A DNA stretch of 64,000 nucleotides. It comes from an uncultured Pelagibacteraceae bacterium. Its GTDB lineage: Bacteria > Pseudomonadota > Alphaproteobacteria > Pelagibacterales > Pelagibacteraceae. Location of the stretch: positions 10,394 to 74,393 of the forward strand of contig CACJEC010000002.1 of assembly GCA_902592325.1 (NCBI GenBank), read 5' to 3'. Shown piece by piece: positions 11,425-20,414 of the stretch (positions are counted from its first letter, which is position 1; the number at the start of each line of letters is the position of its first letter). Position numbers and translations under genes: made by a program. Under the pieces are notes generated by a model. That model was not told the DNA's origin, made no database searches, and saw only the letters and a program-made list of their open reading frames with translations.

Positions 11425-12747
11425 ATGAATAAAGTTTTAAAAAATTCTTGGGCTCTTTTTTTAGGAATGGGGTTCATTATGATGGCTTATGGTTTTCAAG
11501 GCTCCCTGCTGGGTGTTAGAGCGGTACAAGAGGAATTTAGTCTAACTTCTACAGGCTTTATGATGTCTGGTTATTTTGTAGGTTATTTTGTTGGTGCAGC
11601 TACAATTCCAAACATAATTTCGAGGGTAGGTCATATAAGAGTTTTTGCAGCATTTGCTTCATTGGCATCATTAGTTATTTTAGTCCACTCTATTTTAATT
11701 AATCCGTTTATTTGGTTTTTGTTAAGGGTATTAACTGGAATAAGTATGGTTTGTATTTATACAGTAGCTGAAAGTTGGCTTAATGACAGATCAAGTAATA
11801 AAAATAGAGGAAGTGTACTATCTATCTATATGGTTATCCTTTATGGGTCAATGGGTGTAGGTATGTTTTTACTTAATTTTAGTAGTCCTCGAAATTTTCA
11901 ACCTTTTATACTAATATCTGTAATTACATCAGCTGCTCTTATTCCTATTTTGTTAACTAAAAAAAAACCACCTACCTTTAAAAGAATTAAAGCAATGACA
12001 TTAAAAGATCTCTATGAGGCTTCTCCATTTGGAATGGTAAGTTCTTTTTTTTATGGAACAATTCAAGCAGCTTTGTTTACTTTACTAGCAGTTTATGCAA
12101 CTTCAATGAATTTTACGATATTAGAAATATCAATTGTAACATTTTTATTAGCAATTTCTGGAGCTATATCACAATTTCCTGTTGGAAAAATATCTGACAT
12201 ATATGATAGAAGATTGGTTATTGTTGTCTCTACTTTTAGTGCAGCATTATTTGCGCTTTTAGCAATTTTAGTATCAAGACAAATGTATTTACCAGATGGT
12301 TTGGCTACTAGTAAAACTTGGTTTTATATATTTTTGATTCTTTTTTCTTTTTGTAGTTTACCTATGTTCTCTTTAATTTTAGCTCATACAAATGACTATA
12401 TTCCAAAAGAAAAGTTTGTTGCAGCAGGTGCAGGCCTCCAATTTGTATTTGGACTAGGTGCAATGAGTGGACCTTTTTTATGTTCAATATTTATGGATTT
12501 AGTCGGTTCAAACGGATTTTTTATATTTTTATTTTTCTTTCATTCTGTAATTGGAGTTTTTGGAATTTATAGAATGAGAGTGAGACAAACTGTTGATAAT
12601 CCTGACTCACAATTTGTTGCAATGCCTCAAACAATTACTCCAGCTGGAATTGAGTTAAATCCACAAACGGAGCCAATTCAAGAACCAAGTCCAGTAGTAG
12701 GAAATACTGAAAGTGTTATTGAAACCTCAAAAGAAAATAAATATTAA
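11425..12747 (+). CDS. MFS transporter (YcaD-like)
   Basis: About 12 TM; RVGHIR, AESWLN, GKISDIYDRR motif A. Confidence 0.88.
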   Translation: MNKVLKNSWALFLGMGFIMMAYGFQGSLLGVRAVQEEFSLTSTGFMMSGYFVGYFVGAATIPNIISRVGHIRVFAAFASLASLVILVHSILINPFIWFLLRVLTGISMVCIYTVAESWLNDRSSNKNRGSVLSIYMVILYGSMGVGMFLLNFSSPRNFQPFILISVITSAALIPILLTKKKPPTFKRIKAMTLKDLYEASPFGMVSSFFYGTIQAALFTLLAVYATSMNFTILEISIVTFLLAISGAISQFPVGKISDIYDRRLVIVVSTFSAALFALLAILVSRQMYLPDGLATSKTWFYIFLILFSFCSLPMFSLILAHTNDYIPKEKFVAAGAGLQFVFGLGAMSGPFLCSIFMDLVGSNGFFIFLFFFHSVIGVFGIYRMRVRQTVDNPDSQFVAMPQTITPAGIELNPQTEPIQEPSPVVGNTESVIETSKENKY

Positions 12748-13385
12748 CCTCTTAAAACTTTATCAATTGCTTTTGACATTTTAGCTAAAACATCTTTTTT
12801 ATTAAGTTGGTCACTTCTAATTAGAATTGCATCTTTTACTTTTATCAATGGACTATTCTTTCTCTTTTTGTCTAGTAAAGTTCTTTTTTTCAAAGATTTT
12901 CTTACCTCTTTTAAAGGGACTTTCTTTTTTAGATCTTTCCACCTTCTGTAGGCCGCAACCTTTAAATCGCATTTAAAATAAAAAGCTACATCATATTTTG
13001 GATTTGTAGCTAAAATTTTACTTGCTATATCTCTTCCCTCAACACAAATTCTATTATTCATTTTTATAATTTTGATCTGCAGTTTGTTAACAATTTCTCT
13101 TACTTTTTTATTTTTAGCAAGAATTGCAACATGATTTGAAATTTCCTCAGAATGTAGTCTTTGATTTGAAATTGTTTTATATGAAATTTTTTTAAACTTT
13201 TTTTTTAAAAAAGGTATAAAATTTTTTGGCTTATGGAGAATAATCAGTTTACTGCAGTACCTATATAATAATCCTGAGTTAATAAGTAAAAGCTTATATT
13301 TTTTAGAAACTAACTTAGCGGCAGTGCTTTTTCCACTGGCGGACTCACCGTCGCATGCAATAATAAGTTTTTTTAATTTTACCAT
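12744..13385 (-). CDS. cmk: Cytidylate kinase
   Basis: DGESASGKST, SGLLYR, VEGRDI, SPL. Confidence 0.88.
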   Translation of the reverse strand: MVKLKKLIIACDGESASGKSTAAKLVSKKYKLLLINSGLLYRYCSKLIILHKPKNFIPFLKKKFKKISYKTISNQRLHSEEISNHVAILAKNKKVREIVNKLQIKIIKMNNRICVEGRDIASKILATNPKYDVAFYFKCDLKVAAYRRWKDLKKKVPLKEVRKSLKKRTLLDKKRKNSPLIKVKDAILIRSDQLNKKDVLAKMSKAIDKVLRG

Positions 13386-13525
13386 AAATGTTAATAGACT
13401 ATTTTTTAAAGATTAAATAATAAAAAACAATTTTAAGTTGAGCCCAAAATAACCACATTTTTTGATAAAAATTAAAATATTGTTGAAAAAATACAATTTC
13501 TCTGATCAAATTTATTTGAAAAAAA

Positions 13526-14236
13526 ATGATGCCGAAAAAGATTAAAAAAAAAAATAAAATTATTAAAAAAAGAAAGACTGCAATTGGTCTTTCAAAATTT
13601 ACATCATTTACTACTGGTTCTATCTCGAAAGCATTTTCAAAGTATAAAAAGAAACAAGAAATAAAAAAAATTAAGGAAATCAAAATAAAAAAACTTGAAG
13701 AAAATAATCAAATTTTAAAAGACAAAAAAGAACTAAAAATTTGGGAAGAAAAACTTAAAAAAGAGAATAATAAACTCTATCAAAAAGAAGATGAATTAAA
13801 ATTAAAAGAAAAAGAATTAAAGTTAAAGGAAGATGCTCAAAAAATAGAAAATAAAAGATTAATAAAAAAAGATGAAGACTTAGGAGCTATAGATAAAGAT
13901 CTTAGAATGAAAGAAAAAGAACTCAAGTTAAGAGAAGAAGAGCAAAATAGAAAAGATATAGATTTAAAAGCGAGAGAAGAAGAACAACAAAATAAAGAAC
14001 TTAAAGAAAAAAGAAAAAAAGAAAAAGCTTTAAAATTAATTATGGAGGAAGAAGAACGTAAAAAGAATTTTGAGTTTATAAGATTAAAAGAATGGGAAGA
14101 AAATTTTGATAGAGAACAAAAAATTAAAGAAGAAAAAGAATTAAGACGTGAACAAAAAATTAAAGATAAAGAGCTAGAAAAATTAAGATCCTCTACTTTA
14201 GAAAACTTCAATATAGATAAGTCTAAAGAAAATTAA
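13526..14236 (+). CDS. Lys/Glu-rich coiled-coil hypothetical protein
   Basis: 236-aa open frame with a very basic N-terminus and KE-rich heptads; internal duplication REQKIKEEKELR/REQKIKDKELE. Confidence 0.65.
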   Translation: MMPKKIKKKNKIIKKRKTAIGLSKFTSFTTGSISKAFSKYKKKQEIKKIKEIKIKKLEENNQILKDKKELKIWEEKLKKENNKLYQKEDELKLKEKELKLKEDAQKIENKRLIKKDEDLGAIDKDLRMKEKELKLREEEQNRKDIDLKAREEEQQNKELKEKRKKEKALKLIMEEEERKKNFEFIRLKEWEENFDREQKIKEEKELRREQKIKDKELEKLRSSTLENFNIDKSKEN

Positions 14237-15024
14237 TTTGCATCTAAAACTGCATGTAAAAATTGTTTAGTTCTTTCATTTTGTGGATCCCCAAATAATT
14301 GCTCTGGTGGTCCTTGTTCAAAAATCTTTCCTTCATTAAAAAAACATACTCTATCTGAAATTTCTCTAGCAAAACCCATTTGATGAGTTACCATTATCAT
14401 AGTTAAGTTATGTTCTTTATTTAAAGACCTAATTACATTTAAAACTTCTCCTACAACCTCTGGATCCAACGCAGATGTTATTTCATCTAAAAGCATTACT
14501 TTTGGTCTCATTGCAAGTGCTCTTGCAATAGCTACTCGTTGTTGTTGTCCACCTGATAATCTACTTGGATGTTGATCTTTTTTATCTGTTAAACCAACAA
14601 GTTCTAATAATTCTAAGGCTCTTTCCTCCGCCTCTTCTTTTTTCATACCTAATACTTCGACTGGCGCCTCTATACAATTTTGTAATGCTGTCATATGTGG
14701 AAATAAATTAAATTGTTGAAATACCATTCCAATTTTCGACCTTCTTTCTCTTAAATATTTTTCATTAGCTTCAGCTAAACTTCCATTAACGTCCATATGT
14801 GTTAAAGGTTCACCATCTAAATGAATTACTCCTCCATTTATCTTTTCTAAAGTCATCAAAACTCTCAATACAGTTGTTTTTCCTGATCCAGACGGACCTA
14901 TAATTGATACCATTTCATTCTTTTTAATTTCTAGATTAAGTTTGTCTAAAACAACTAAATCAGCATATTGTTTGGTTACATCTTCAAACTTGACTATAAT
15001 TTCATCTGAATTATTTTTTTTCAT
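14233..15024 (-). CDS. ehuA: Ehu-type polar amino acid ABC ATP-binding protein
   Basis: GPSGSGKT, LSGGQQQRV, DEITSALDPE; LMTLE..GG.I segment typical of EhuA. Confidence 0.85.
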   Translation of the reverse strand: MKKNNSDEIIVKFEDVTKQYADLVVLDKLNLEIKKNEMVSIIGPSGSGKTTVLRVLMTLEKINGGVIHLDGEPLTHMDVNGSLAEANEKYLRERRSKIGMVFQQFNLFPHMTALQNCIEAPVEVLGMKKEEAEERALELLELVGLTDKKDQHPSRLSGGQQQRVAIARALAMRPKVMLLDEITSALDPEVVGEVLNVIRSLNKEHNLTMIMVTHQMGFAREISDRVCFFNEGKIFEQGPPEQLFGDPQNERTKQFLHAVLDAN

Positions 15025-15027
15025 AGT

Positions 15028-15705
15028 TTATTTTTTAATTTTACCTTGTGCTATATTAACATCTCTTTCAAGTTTTCTAACCCACATTGCAGCAGGTATT
15101 GATAATGTTAGAAAAATAATACCTACTAAAGTATAAGGTTCTAAATATCTATAATTATAACCACCAACTGCTGTAGCTGCGTGAAATAATTCTGCAACCC
15201 CGATTGTTGATAGCAGAGGTGTATCTTTAAATATACCTACCAAATAATTTCCCATACCTGGAATTGCAATAGGAAATGCTTGTGGAAGAACTATTCTTCT
15301 ATAGGTATAAATTGTTGAAAAATTTAAAGCTCTACAAGCTTCCCATTGTGTTTTTGAAACTCCTTCAAGCGCTCCACGATAAACTTCCGACATGTATGTT
15401 CCAAAGTGAAGACCAATAGTAATCATTCCACATACCCATGCAGATAAAGTAATACCAAACTGTGGGAGTACAAAATATACAAAAAATAACTGTATTAGTA
15501 ATGGAGTTGATCTGATAAACTCAACTATTTCTCTATTAGCCCAATTGAAAATTTTTGAAGGTGTTCTTTGTGCTAATAAAAAAAATAATCCAACAATCAA
15601 TGCGATTGCATAACCTACACCAGCTGCAAGAATAGTATTTAGTGTAGCAATCGCCATTTGTGGCAGTATTTCATAAGTAAAATCCCATCTCCAACCCATT
15701 TCCAT
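15028..15705 (-). CDS. ehuD: Ehu-type ABC permease
   Basis: WRWDF N-terminus, RSTPLLIQL, SEVYR, FKDTPLLS. Confidence 0.82.
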   Translation of the reverse strand: MEMGWRWDFTYEILPQMAIATLNTILAAGVGYAIALIVGLFFLLAQRTPSKIFNWANREIVEFIRSTPLLIQLFFVYFVLPQFGITLSAWVCGMITIGLHFGTYMSEVYRGALEGVSKTQWEACRALNFSTIYTYRRIVLPQAFPIAIPGMGNYLVGIFKDTPLLSTIGVAELFHAATAVGGYNYRYLEPYTLVGIIFLTLSIPAAMWVRKLERDVNIAQGKIKK

Positions 15706-15708
15706 GAT

Positions 15709-16380
15709 TTAAATTTTCTCCCTTCCAACCTTTTTAGCAGCTAAAACTTCTAACCATCTTAAAAATGGAACTAATGCAAATCTAGCCATTATATAATAAA
15801 TAAGTAATGCTGTTCCAAAACATTGAGCTGATAGCCATGTTATAGAGTTAATTTGTTTTGCTTCAAAAGTAAGATCTACCACTGTAACTAATGCTACTAG
15901 TGCTGTAGCTTTTAATAGTTCTACTGTTAAATTTGCTGCTGGTGGCAGTATAATCGGAAATATCTGAGGAATTATAATTCTCTTAATTCTTTTCGCTGGA
16001 GTAAAATTTAGTGAATATGCTGCCTCCCATTGTCCTTTTGGTACCGCAAGGATCCCTGCTCGCACTATTTCGGCTCCATAAGCACCAAAATTCAACCCCA
16101 ATGCTACTACTCCAGCTGTAAAGGCCTCTAAAGATATTCCAAAGAATGGTAATACATAGTAAGCCCAAAATAATTGGACTAAAAGTGATGTTCCTCTAAA
16201 AAATTCTATATATACAGTAGCTATACCTTGTATTGCTGGATTTTTAGACAGTCTCATCAACCCAAATATCATAGAAATAACTACATAAAGAATCATTGAA
16301 CATACAAGAACTTTCACAGTTGTAACTGTCCCAAGTAAAAGTGTTATTCCATGTTCATTTAAAAATTCAAAATAAGTCAA
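15709..16380 (-). CDS. ehuC: Ehu-type ABC permease
   Basis: FRGTSLLVQLFW, GAYGAEIVR, ELLKATAL; TTG start. Confidence 0.82.
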   Translation of the reverse strand: MTYFEFLNEHGITLLLGTVTTVKVLVCSMILYVVISMIFGLMRLSKNPAIQGIATVYIEFFRGTSLLVQLFWAYYVLPFFGISLEAFTAGVVALGLNFGAYGAEIVRAGILAVPKGQWEAAYSLNFTPAKRIKRIIIPQIFPIILPPAANLTVELLKATALVALVTVVDLTFEAKQINSITWLSAQCFGTALLIYYIMARFALVPFLRWLEVLAAKKVGREKI

Positions 16381-16399
16381 TCAAATACCTTTAAATTTT

Positions 16400-16431
16400 A
16401 AAAACCAGGCAACAATTAAGTCGCCTGGTTT
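16400..16431 (-). terminator. Stem-loop between the SBP and permease genes
   Basis: Minus strand AAACCAGGCGAC-loop-GTTGCCTGGTTTTT. Confidence 0.75.
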
Positions 16432-16453
16432 ATCTTAATAATTTCTTATTAAA

Positions 16454-17299
16454 TTATTTAGTTGAACAAGCCCACTCAGTACTCATGTCTGGTGGAGGAA
16501 GTTGAGCTTTATCATACCCATACTCTCCAGCTCTTTTCAACATAGTTGCTGGGTTAGCCATAACTTTAGCTAGAGCTACATTAAATGCTTCTCTAAATTT
16601 GTCATCACCTTTTCTAAATCCAATTCCTACAACGTTTAAAGTTTCTTTAGGCATTAATTTTGGATCAGTAACTTCAAATTTGCCATTAGTTTTTTTCTCA
16701 TGCTCTTTAGCACCAAAGAATGTTTGCACTGCAACGTCAGCTCTTCCAGCTTTCATTGCTGCTAAAATACCAACTTCACCTTCAACTAAAAGCATTTGAC
16801 TGTCAGGCACACCATATTTTTTAGCTGCTTCTACAGTATTAAATCCAGTCCCTGTAACTAATTTAGCTCCAGTTGAAATAACATCTGCATAGTTGTTAAT
16901 GTTTTTTGGATTTCCTTTTGGTACTAGCATTGCATCACCAAATACTCCAATTGGATCTGAAAAGTCCATGTTTGCACATCTACTTTTTAAGATATACATT
17001 CCGCCAGTAATCATATCTGCACGGTCTGCATTTAATCCTGGGATTAATCCTGACCATTCAAAAACTTTTGTTTCATGTTCAGTGATACCCATCTCTTCTA
17101 GAACTGTTAATGCTATCATATTAACAAATCCTAAGGCCTCACCACCATCTCCAGCGTAAGCCCATGGCACTGCTGTTCCAAAACCCAGTCTTAATTTGTG
17201 TCCATCCGCAAGTCTTTCAGTAAGAGTTTTCGCACTTACTGTAGAAATTGAAAAAAGAAGCACAAGTAAAACTGTTAATGACTTAAATATTTTACTCAT
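16454..17299 (-). CDS. ehuB: EhuB-like ABC substrate-binding protein (ligand uncertain)
   Basis: Signal peptide; LIPGL..RADM, RC..DFSDP, VPKGNP, IGFRKGD; GAGGAG SD. Confidence 0.75.
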   Translation of the reverse strand: MSKIFKSLTVLLVLLFSISTVSAKTLTERLADGHKLRLGFGTAVPWAYAGDGGEALGFVNMIALTVLEEMGITEHETKVFEWSGLIPGLNADRADMITGGMYILKSRCANMDFSDPIGVFGDAMLVPKGNPKNINNYADVISTGAKLVTGTGFNTVEAAKKYGVPDSQMLLVEGEVGILAAMKAGRADVAVQTFFGAKEHEKKTNGKFEVTDPKLMPKETLNVVGIGFRKGDDKFREAFNVALAKVMANPATMLKRAGEYGYDKAQLPPPDMSTEWACSTK

Positions 17300-17393
17300 A
17301 TTTATCTCCTCATTATTTTTAATTAAGAAATAAGTAAATCAAAAAAGATTTAAAAAGTATAGTTGAAAAATTACAATCTCAAGTTGATAAAAA

Positions 17394-18182
17394 TTATTTT
17401 ATAGAAACATTATCTCCAATATTTACTTGTCCATCATCGAGTGCAGTAAGATAAAGTCCCATATCAAAATGATTGTAAGTTTTTTTTAATGATTGAAGTA
17501 AATTCAAACTATTATCATCCGTATTTGGCTTTAAATTAATTGCAACACATCTTGGAATATTTTTTTCTACTTTAAATGATATATCATTTATTTTAATTAT
17601 TTTTCCTACCCAGTTTCTCTCTTCCCATGCTTCAATTCCATCCACAAATAAATTGCCTCTAAATCTTTGAGATTCAATTTCTTGGTTGATTTTATCTTTA
17701 AAATCTTCAACACTTTTCTTATTTAGTAGAGATATCGAATGCGTTAATACAGTTTTATTAGAAATTGATGTGTCAAAAAAAGGAGTATCTTTATTTTTCA
17801 TCAAAAAAAGAGGTTTTTGGATAGTATTTTCTAATTCTAATATTTTATTTGTAATTAATTCAAATTCTTCTGTTTCATTACTATTTATTGTTAAAATCTC
17901 GTTCTTATTTTGAGTTAATGTTAATTTATCATCATTTAATACAAAATTATATTTATTTAATGAAGGTGTATTTTTAAGAGTTAAAATTTTGTTCCATTTT
18001 CCTCTCCTCTCCTCGAGCTTTTTTTCAAATAACTGAGCTTGATTAAGATCTAAACTTTTAGAAAATGCAAAAATTCTATCTCCGACTATTCCAATATTTT
18101 TTCTAATTTTACAATTTTTAATAGTTTGAAAAGAAATGGATTTTACTGGGCAATAATTTATTGAAGTAATAGATATGCTCAT
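17394..18182 (-). CDS. MOSC-domain (Moco sulfurase C-terminal/mARC-like) protein
   Basis: PVKS, GDRIFA, RFRGNL, PRCVAIN, G.Y......G.V.IGD. Confidence 0.88.
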   Translation of the reverse strand: MSISITSINYCPVKSISFQTIKNCKIRKNIGIVGDRIFAFSKSLDLNQAQLFEKKLEERRGKWNKILTLKNTPSLNKYNFVLNDDKLTLTQNKNEILTINSNETEEFELITNKILELENTIQKPLFLMKNKDTPFFDTSISNKTVLTHSISLLNKKSVEDFKDKINQEIESQRFRGNLFVDGIEAWEERNWVGKIIKINDISFKVEKNIPRCVAINLKPNTDDNSLNLLQSLKKTYNHFDMGLYLTALDDGQVNIGDNVSIK

Positions 18183-18200
18183 ATAATCTTTTAAAATAAT

Positions 18201-19028
18201 ATGACTTATCTAACCTCAAATCAACTTAAACAATATGAAGATGAAGGTTTTGTTTCACCAATAAATATTTTTTCAAAAGAAAAGGCAAAAGAAATTAGAA
18301 GCGAAATTGAGTTAATTGAAAAAGATATGCCAGAAGAATTAGAAAAATCAGGAAGATATAATGCTCATTTAATATCACCTTTATTAGACGAGGTTACACA
18401 TAACTCTAAAATCTTAGACGCTGTTGAGAGTCTTATTGGAAAAAATATTCTTGTTTGTGGTACTACTTTATTTATCAAAAATCCTAATGAAAAAGGTTTC
18501 GTTAGTTATCACCAAGATGCAAAATATATAGGTTTAGAGCCATATAATTGGGTAACAGCTTGGGTTGCAATTACTGATTCTAATGAGAAAAATGGATGTA
18601 TGAAAATGTGGTCAGGCTCTCATAGAGATAATCTCAAAGATCATGATCAAATGTTTAATGAAGGTAATTTATTAACTAGAGGTCAGACTATCAATAATGT
18701 TCCGAAAGAAAAATTAAAATCCCTAATTTTAAAAGCTGGTCAAATGTCTCTACACCATCCAACCGTAGTTCATGGATCACAATTAAATAAAAGTAATGAT
18801 AGAAGAATAGGATTTGTTATCCAAAGTTATATTGGGACTGATGTTAAACAAGTTTTAGGAAAAAATAGTGTTCAACTAGCAAGAGGTATTGATGATTTTA
18901 AATATCATAAAAAAATCGGAAGACCCAAGTCATTAATGAATGATAATGATTTAAAAATAAAAGAAGAAGAGAATAAAAATCTTCAAGAAATTTTTTATAA
19001 AGGCTCTTCAAAAAAAGGAACTTATTAA
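18201..19028 (+). CDS. PhyH/EctD-family Fe(II)/2-oxoglutarate dioxygenase
   Basis: HQD...H facial triad (YHQDA, VHGS), TAWVAI, NGCM, N.S.DRRIG. Confidence 0.88.
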   Translation: MTYLTSNQLKQYEDEGFVSPINIFSKEKAKEIRSEIELIEKDMPEELEKSGRYNAHLISPLLDEVTHNSKILDAVESLIGKNILVCGTTLFIKNPNEKGFVSYHQDAKYIGLEPYNWVTAWVAITDSNEKNGCMKMWSGSHRDNLKDHDQMFNEGNLLTRGQTINNVPKEKLKSLILKAGQMSLHHPTVVHGSQLNKSNDRRIGFVIQSYIGTDVKQVLGKNSVQLARGIDDFKYHKKIGRPKSLMNDNDLKIKEEENKNLQEIFYKGSSKKGTY

Positions 19029-19053
19029 TTGATAAAATAAAGTTTTAGGTTGT

Positions 19054-19281
19054 ATGAATAAAGAAAATGCAAGTAAACTGTGGAAAATGATGCAGGAAGC
19101 TGGCGATTATTTGGTTGGTCAATTACCAGATCATCCAAACCATCCAAAAGGAAGAAATCCTTATGCACATGTTGCTATATGTGTGAAAAATCATTTTAAT
19201 GCGAGTTATAAAGATATTCCGGATGAAAAATTTAATGAAGTAGTAAAATATATTGAATTTTTAAAAAAAAATCCTAGTTAG
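19054..19281 (+). CDS. Small hypothetical protein (ORF6C-like C-terminus)
   Basis: 75 aa with HP.HPKGRNPYAH and F.ASYKDIPD motifs; AGG upstream. Confidence 0.75.
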   Translation: MNKENASKLWKMMQEAGDYLVGQLPDHPNHPKGRNPYAHVAICVKNHFNASYKDIPDEKFNEVVKYIEFLKKNPS

Positions 19282-19294
19282 AGACTTATACAAT

Positions 19295-20410
19295 TTATTG
19301 TTTTGGAAAATAATCTTTTAAAGTTCCTTCTCGGTAAACATCTGCAGTGCAACAATGTAGTCCACCACCAAATGCATACGCATCCCTAAGTTCAACTGGT
19401 ATTACTTCCATTCCAAGTTTATCTAGTTGATCTGCTTGATAAATTTCACTTTTTTCTACACATACTGTTTTTGGATCTAAAACTAAAACATTCATTGATA
19501 GCCATGTTGATGAATAACATAAAGGTGGTGGCTCATTATGTGCGGGTTGAGCACTGTCAATAATTTCCCAACCATTGTCTTCAAATAACTTTCTTTGTTC
19601 TTTTGGGAGTCTTCTTTGAGGATTATTAATAATTAATCCTTCTTTGATTGGAGTAAAAGTTGCATCTATATGAATTGGGTACGGGTCACCAGGGAAATTA
19701 ACTGCATGAACTCTATGATCTTTGTAATGTCTTTTTAACCAATCAATTCCCTTTAAGTTTGTTGTAAAACCATGTTGTACAACTAAATCTTTACCAAATC
19801 TTAACACATCAGCTGCATCAAATAGTGGTTCTTCTTCTGTAGTTACAAAATATTTTTTTTCTGTCCACTCCAATCTTTTTTGAACACCAATTTTTTCTGA
19901 AAGATAATCTTTTCTATAATCTGCATCAGTTAATCTTGGTTTTGGAGCTGATTCATGTCTCATATTAGGATCAGAATTATAATATTCTTTTAAAAGAGGT
20001 CGGTAACACAGATATTCAAACCAACGACATCGATAACTCATTGTTGCCTCTAAAATTTCATTTCCAACAGTTAGCAGAACGTCTCTAGGAGGCATGCAAC
20101 CAAACATAGTTTCGGCTTCCCAATCAGGTGTTGATGTTTTTTGATTAAAATCTATTGGAGTTGGTCTATCTACCTTAATACCTTTTTTTTCAAGCATATT
20201 TGAAAAATCATTTAAAAGTTGGTTAGCTTTATCAACTGTATCTTTAGTTCTAGGTCCAAATTGACCTCTCATATCACTATCCTCAGGAACTTTTGCATCT
20301 AATGCAGGCTCTGGTGCTGGAATACATGTGCCATCTGCTCGACCAACAATTACATGTTTTAAAGGATCCCATTCGTTCCAACTGTTAACGATTGTTTTAT
20401 TTCCATTCAT
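19295..20410 (-). CDS. Glycine amidinotransferase (AGAT/StrB1-type)
   Basis: NSWNEWDPLK..IVGRA, PRD, FDAAD (Asp), HID (His), GGGLHC (Cys): complete catalytic triad. Confidence 0.92.
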   Translation of the reverse strand: MNGNKTIVNSWNEWDPLKHVIVGRADGTCIPAPEPALDAKVPEDSDMRGQFGPRTKDTVDKANQLLNDFSNMLEKKGIKVDRPTPIDFNQKTSTPDWEAETMFGCMPPRDVLLTVGNEILEATMSYRCRWFEYLCYRPLLKEYYNSDPNMRHESAPKPRLTDADYRKDYLSEKIGVQKRLEWTEKKYFVTTEEEPLFDAADVLRFGKDLVVQHGFTTNLKGIDWLKRHYKDHRVHAVNFPGDPYPIHIDATFTPIKEGLIINNPQRRLPKEQRKLFEDNGWEIIDSAQPAHNEPPPLCYSSTWLSMNVLVLDPKTVCVEKSEIYQADQLDKLGMEVIPVELRDAYAFGGGLHCCTADVYREGTLKDYFPKQ

Positions 20411-20414
20411 AATA

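Noticed and set aside
13399-13683. 94-aa hydrophobic ORF (also 13837-14211)
   Set aside because: Antisense shadows of the A-rich coiled-coil gene; the Phe/Leu/Ser richness is a compositional artefact.
19295-20410. Amidinotransferase as part of a toxin or antibiotic biosynthetic cluster
   Set aside because: No PKS, NRPS or tailoring genes nearby; its neighbour is a catabolic creatinase.
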